Positions 61,701 to 64,000 of a DNA stretch of 64,000 nt are shown here, piece after piece. Position 1 is the first letter of the stretch; each line of letters starts with the position of its first letter. The notes under the pieces were generated by a model, which saw only the letters and a program-made list of their open reading frames with translations, was not told the origin of the DNA and did no database searches. The stretch lies in NCBI GenBank assembly GCA_051294375.1, contig CM119265.1, positions 902,089 through 966,088 on the forward strand. The letters are read 5' to 3'. The DNA comes from Paraspadella gotoi. Its lineage: Eukaryota; Animalia; Chaetognatha. A program made the translations under genes and the position numbers.

Positions 61701-62627
61701 CGTTGGATCACGAAGCCGATGGAAGAGTCCAGCTTCTGCCTTCATCTCTCTCACAAAGAGGAAGATCAAGGCGAAGCTCACGGCGAAGCTCACGGCGAAG
61801 CTCACGGCGAAGCTCACGGCGAAGCTCACGGCGAAGCTCACGGCGAAGCGGCCCGCGGATCTCACAGCCAAGATCGTGATCACAACAATAACTGTCAAGA
61901 GACAACCGGCGCGGGGTTGGCCGGCGGCGGTGCTGAAGCGGCTGACGGCGGTGCTGAAGCGGCTGACGACTGCGTCGAGTCTGGCGGCGGTGTTGAATCA
62001 ACCAGTGACATCGACGCCGTTTTTGGCGCCACCTTAGAACGCGCACCCTCCTACCCTTCAACTGATTTCCGGCGACCTCTACTGACGATCCCGAAATCGA
62101 GACCACGTCCTCGAGCGCCCGAAAGTCAGGTCACGCCTGATTCACGTCATCAATTGCTTGTTCCCCGCTCGGCCACTTCCGGAGTTCATTCCAACATCCG
62201 CCTGATTAATTCCTTGCCGAGTTCGAACTTTCTGAATCCCGCCCCGTATTACTACACGCCTCATGAGAGCCATGCCATGCTCGCTCGCGCCATGCCGACC
62301 ACTAAAACCACAATCCCCGCTCCTTTTCATAATCGGTCCCGAGTCATCAAAAATTCCGCTAATATTTTTCATCCTCGCCCCACGGCCGCCCCTAATGGTG
62401 GCATGCCCGGGTCCCTTCGCGCCATGCCCCGCCCGAAAGAGGCCATGCCTTACTATCTCGTGACCGCCTCTCCCGTTTATCCCACCTCCCATAGGAGTCC
62501 GTCTCTCTTTGCCTCCTCGACTACACGACATCTCGCTCCAGCTAATTCTTCCACTACACCTCGTCCCTCGTTTCCTCAACATCATCTTCCTTCCGCTCCT
62601 ACTGATCCCCGAAGGAAAAACCCTTAA
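52120..62627 (+). CDS. ADAR: dsRNA-specific adenosine deaminase, ADAR2-like, with three dsRBDs and a long C-terminal extension
   Basis: Exons 52120-52320, 52428-~52689, ~52910-53082, 53330-53503, 53610-53681, 57898-58106, 58236-58431, 58991-59167, 59244-59363, 59606-~59768, ~60054-60242, 60310-60468, ~60549-60678 and 61621-62627. dsRBD motifs [23 protein letters not shown] and [10 protein letters not shown]. Deaminase motifs SGTKC, DCHAE (59063-77), STAPCG, MSCSDK, SVNW, SRLCK and WITKP. Confidence 0.92.
54721..57417 (+). mobile_element. HINE/Helentron-like element, copy 2, in the ADAR intron that splits dsRBD3
   Basis: 5' end identical to 11974. Perfect 3' hairpin GTCGGATCTGC-TGATAA-GCAGATCCGAC at 57383-57410. 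(GGAC)n at ~57224-57262. Same tandem cores. Confidence 0.85.
54953..56122. mobile_element. Second MITE/HINE-like element nested in HINE copy 2
   Basis: Inverted ATCGAGCCAG (54956-65) and CTGGCTCGAT (56099-108). The segment is absent from copy 1 and contains (CT)n and a tRNA-like fragment ~55345-55415. Confidence 0.55.
61769..61850 (+). repeat. 12 bp coding repeat encoding (HGEA)n in the ADAR tail
   Basis: (ggcgaagctcac) x ~7. Confidence 0.9.
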
Positions 62628-63541
62628 GCACTCCTCATTGTCAAGACAAGGCGCGCGGACGGGCCGGTTGAGAGCGGTGTGGTCGCTTCGTGGTCCGTGT
62701 CTTTACAAGGATGAGTGTCGAAAGAAACCCGATCGTCGAGATGCCTTGGCTTCTTTACATTTCAAATAGTATTTTTCGTTTTTACAATCTATGTTGGGCT
62801 CAAATTTATCATTTACACGCCGGAATAGAAGCACTTAGTAATCAATCTTTATATGAATTAACTATTTACACAAAGTATAAATTATTTTTTATTTCTTTAC
62901 ATCGCAATTCTTTCGTCCCCCCCCCCTTGATTTGTTACATTGGCGCTTTGGTGTCTGCTTTTTGTTTGGCGAATAATTAAGTTAAGAATACTTAACAATA
63001 CTTAAGTGACTTCCATTGAACTCGAGCCGATTTATTTATTATATCACGTTCGCACTTCAAACAGAAATCGTGACGTTTTTTGAATTAACTTGCTTACCAC
63101 CCCCCTCCACCTCCCCTAGCAGCATATTTCACGCTGATAGTTTTTTGGTCATTTCTCTGCGCGTTGATGACAATCATGAACATTACGAAGATTTAAGTTA
63201 TAGCTATTTTAGTGTGTAGACTAAAGGAGACAACCGTACTTATGATTGTAAATGCTGTGATCGATTCGTTTATAATTTAATTTGTATTTTACTTTATTTC
63301 TAAATTTTGTGCGTTGATTTATGAAATATTTGCTTTAATTTGATTTAGAAAAGATTTGCTTTGATGCACTTGGATGTAAATTAACTGATTTTGGTGACTT
63401 TTTTTCATGCAGCCGCCCCATTTCCTCGCAGCTTTTGTCCTTACCCCGTTCGCATTTTTGTCCTTACCCCGTTCGCATTTTTGTCCTTAACCTTTTTGTA
63501 AGTTTTGTCCTCAACTTTATCGCTCATCTTTCCCTCTGTCC

Positions 63542-63612
63542 TTTTAGTGGGTGAGCTTTCTGGTCATGTTCTCTTCTAGTTTAACCATGACTAGAATCCT
63601 CGCTCACTAAAA
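63542..63612 (+). ncRNA. mir-279: pre-miRNA, MIR-279 family (predicted 3p mature TGACTAGAATCCTCGCTCACTA, 63588-63609)
   Basis: ~70 nt hairpin with G-U wobbles; seed GACUAGA. Confidence 0.85.
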
Positions 63613-63714
63613 TGTGGATGACATTCCTCACCCTTCTTCAGTATTCAAGGCATTCCTCAGCATGCAAAGCATTCCTCATCGCGTATATTTTAATCTTCTC
63701 GTCCTAAGCCTATT

Positions 63715-63789
63715 TTCGTTAGTGGGTTAGTTTTCTGGTCGTGTGACATTTCCTTCAACCATGACTAGAATCCTAGCTCACTAAACGAG
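63715..63789 (+). ncRNA. mir-279: pre-miRNA, MIR-279 family (predicted 3p mature TGACTAGAATCCTAGCTCACTA, 63762-63783)
   Basis: Hairpin with a compensatory TTAG/CTAG change relative to copy 1; different loop. Confidence 0.85.
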
Positions 63790-63842
63790 AGAGAGGCCTA
63801 CTGCAGCAATTGGGGGTTTCTCTCTCTCTCTCTTTCTTGTCT

Positions 63843-63918
63843 TTTTCGTTAGTGGGCGAGATTTCTGGTCCTGTTTCTCTTTAATTCATGACTAGACTTC
63901 TCGCTCACTAAACGAGAA
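63843..63918 (+). ncRNA. mir-279: pre-miRNA, MIR-279 family (predicted 3p mature TGACTAGACTTCTCGCTCACTA, 63889-63910)
   Basis: Hairpin with conserved arms and divergent loop; seed GACUAGA. Confidence 0.85.
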
Positions 63919-64000
63919 GCGGTTTATGCTTTAAGTTTCACGTAATAAACGTCAAACGAATTTAAAAAAAAACATTTTACCGCCGAGAATAAAGAAATTA

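Overview
AT-rich, microsatellite-dense animal genomic DNA, probably a protostome given the miR-279-family hairpins. It has N gaps and many homopolymer indels, so isolated frameshifts may be assembly errors. From left to right: a frameshifted Ty3/gypsy-type LTR retrotransposon (minus strand, ~1-7183); a multi-exon type I membrane protein gene (EGF-EGF-[ankyrin]-EGF-EGF-S/T-vWA-ZP-CCP-EGF-SEA-EGF-TM, ~9.6-19.1 kb) containing a ~590 bp exon-bearing tandem array; nested MITEs; an RNF144-like RBR E3 ligase; an unidentified spliced gene; an SLC16/MCT transporter whose introns hold a deleted Tc1 element and a 5'-truncated Penelope-like retroelement; a cold-shock-domain gene; the 3' exons of MNS1 (minus strand); TMEM14; an ADAR2-like gene with three dsRBDs and a long C-terminal tail; and three miR-279-family hairpins. 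The top hits are (1) a non-circularly permuted, pseudoknotted hammerhead ribozyme at 43473-43580, just 3' of the Penelope-like RT, and (2) an ankyrin-repeat exon whose splice phases place it inside the ectodomain of the vWA-ZP protein. All calls come from reading the sequence by eye; no searches or folding were run.
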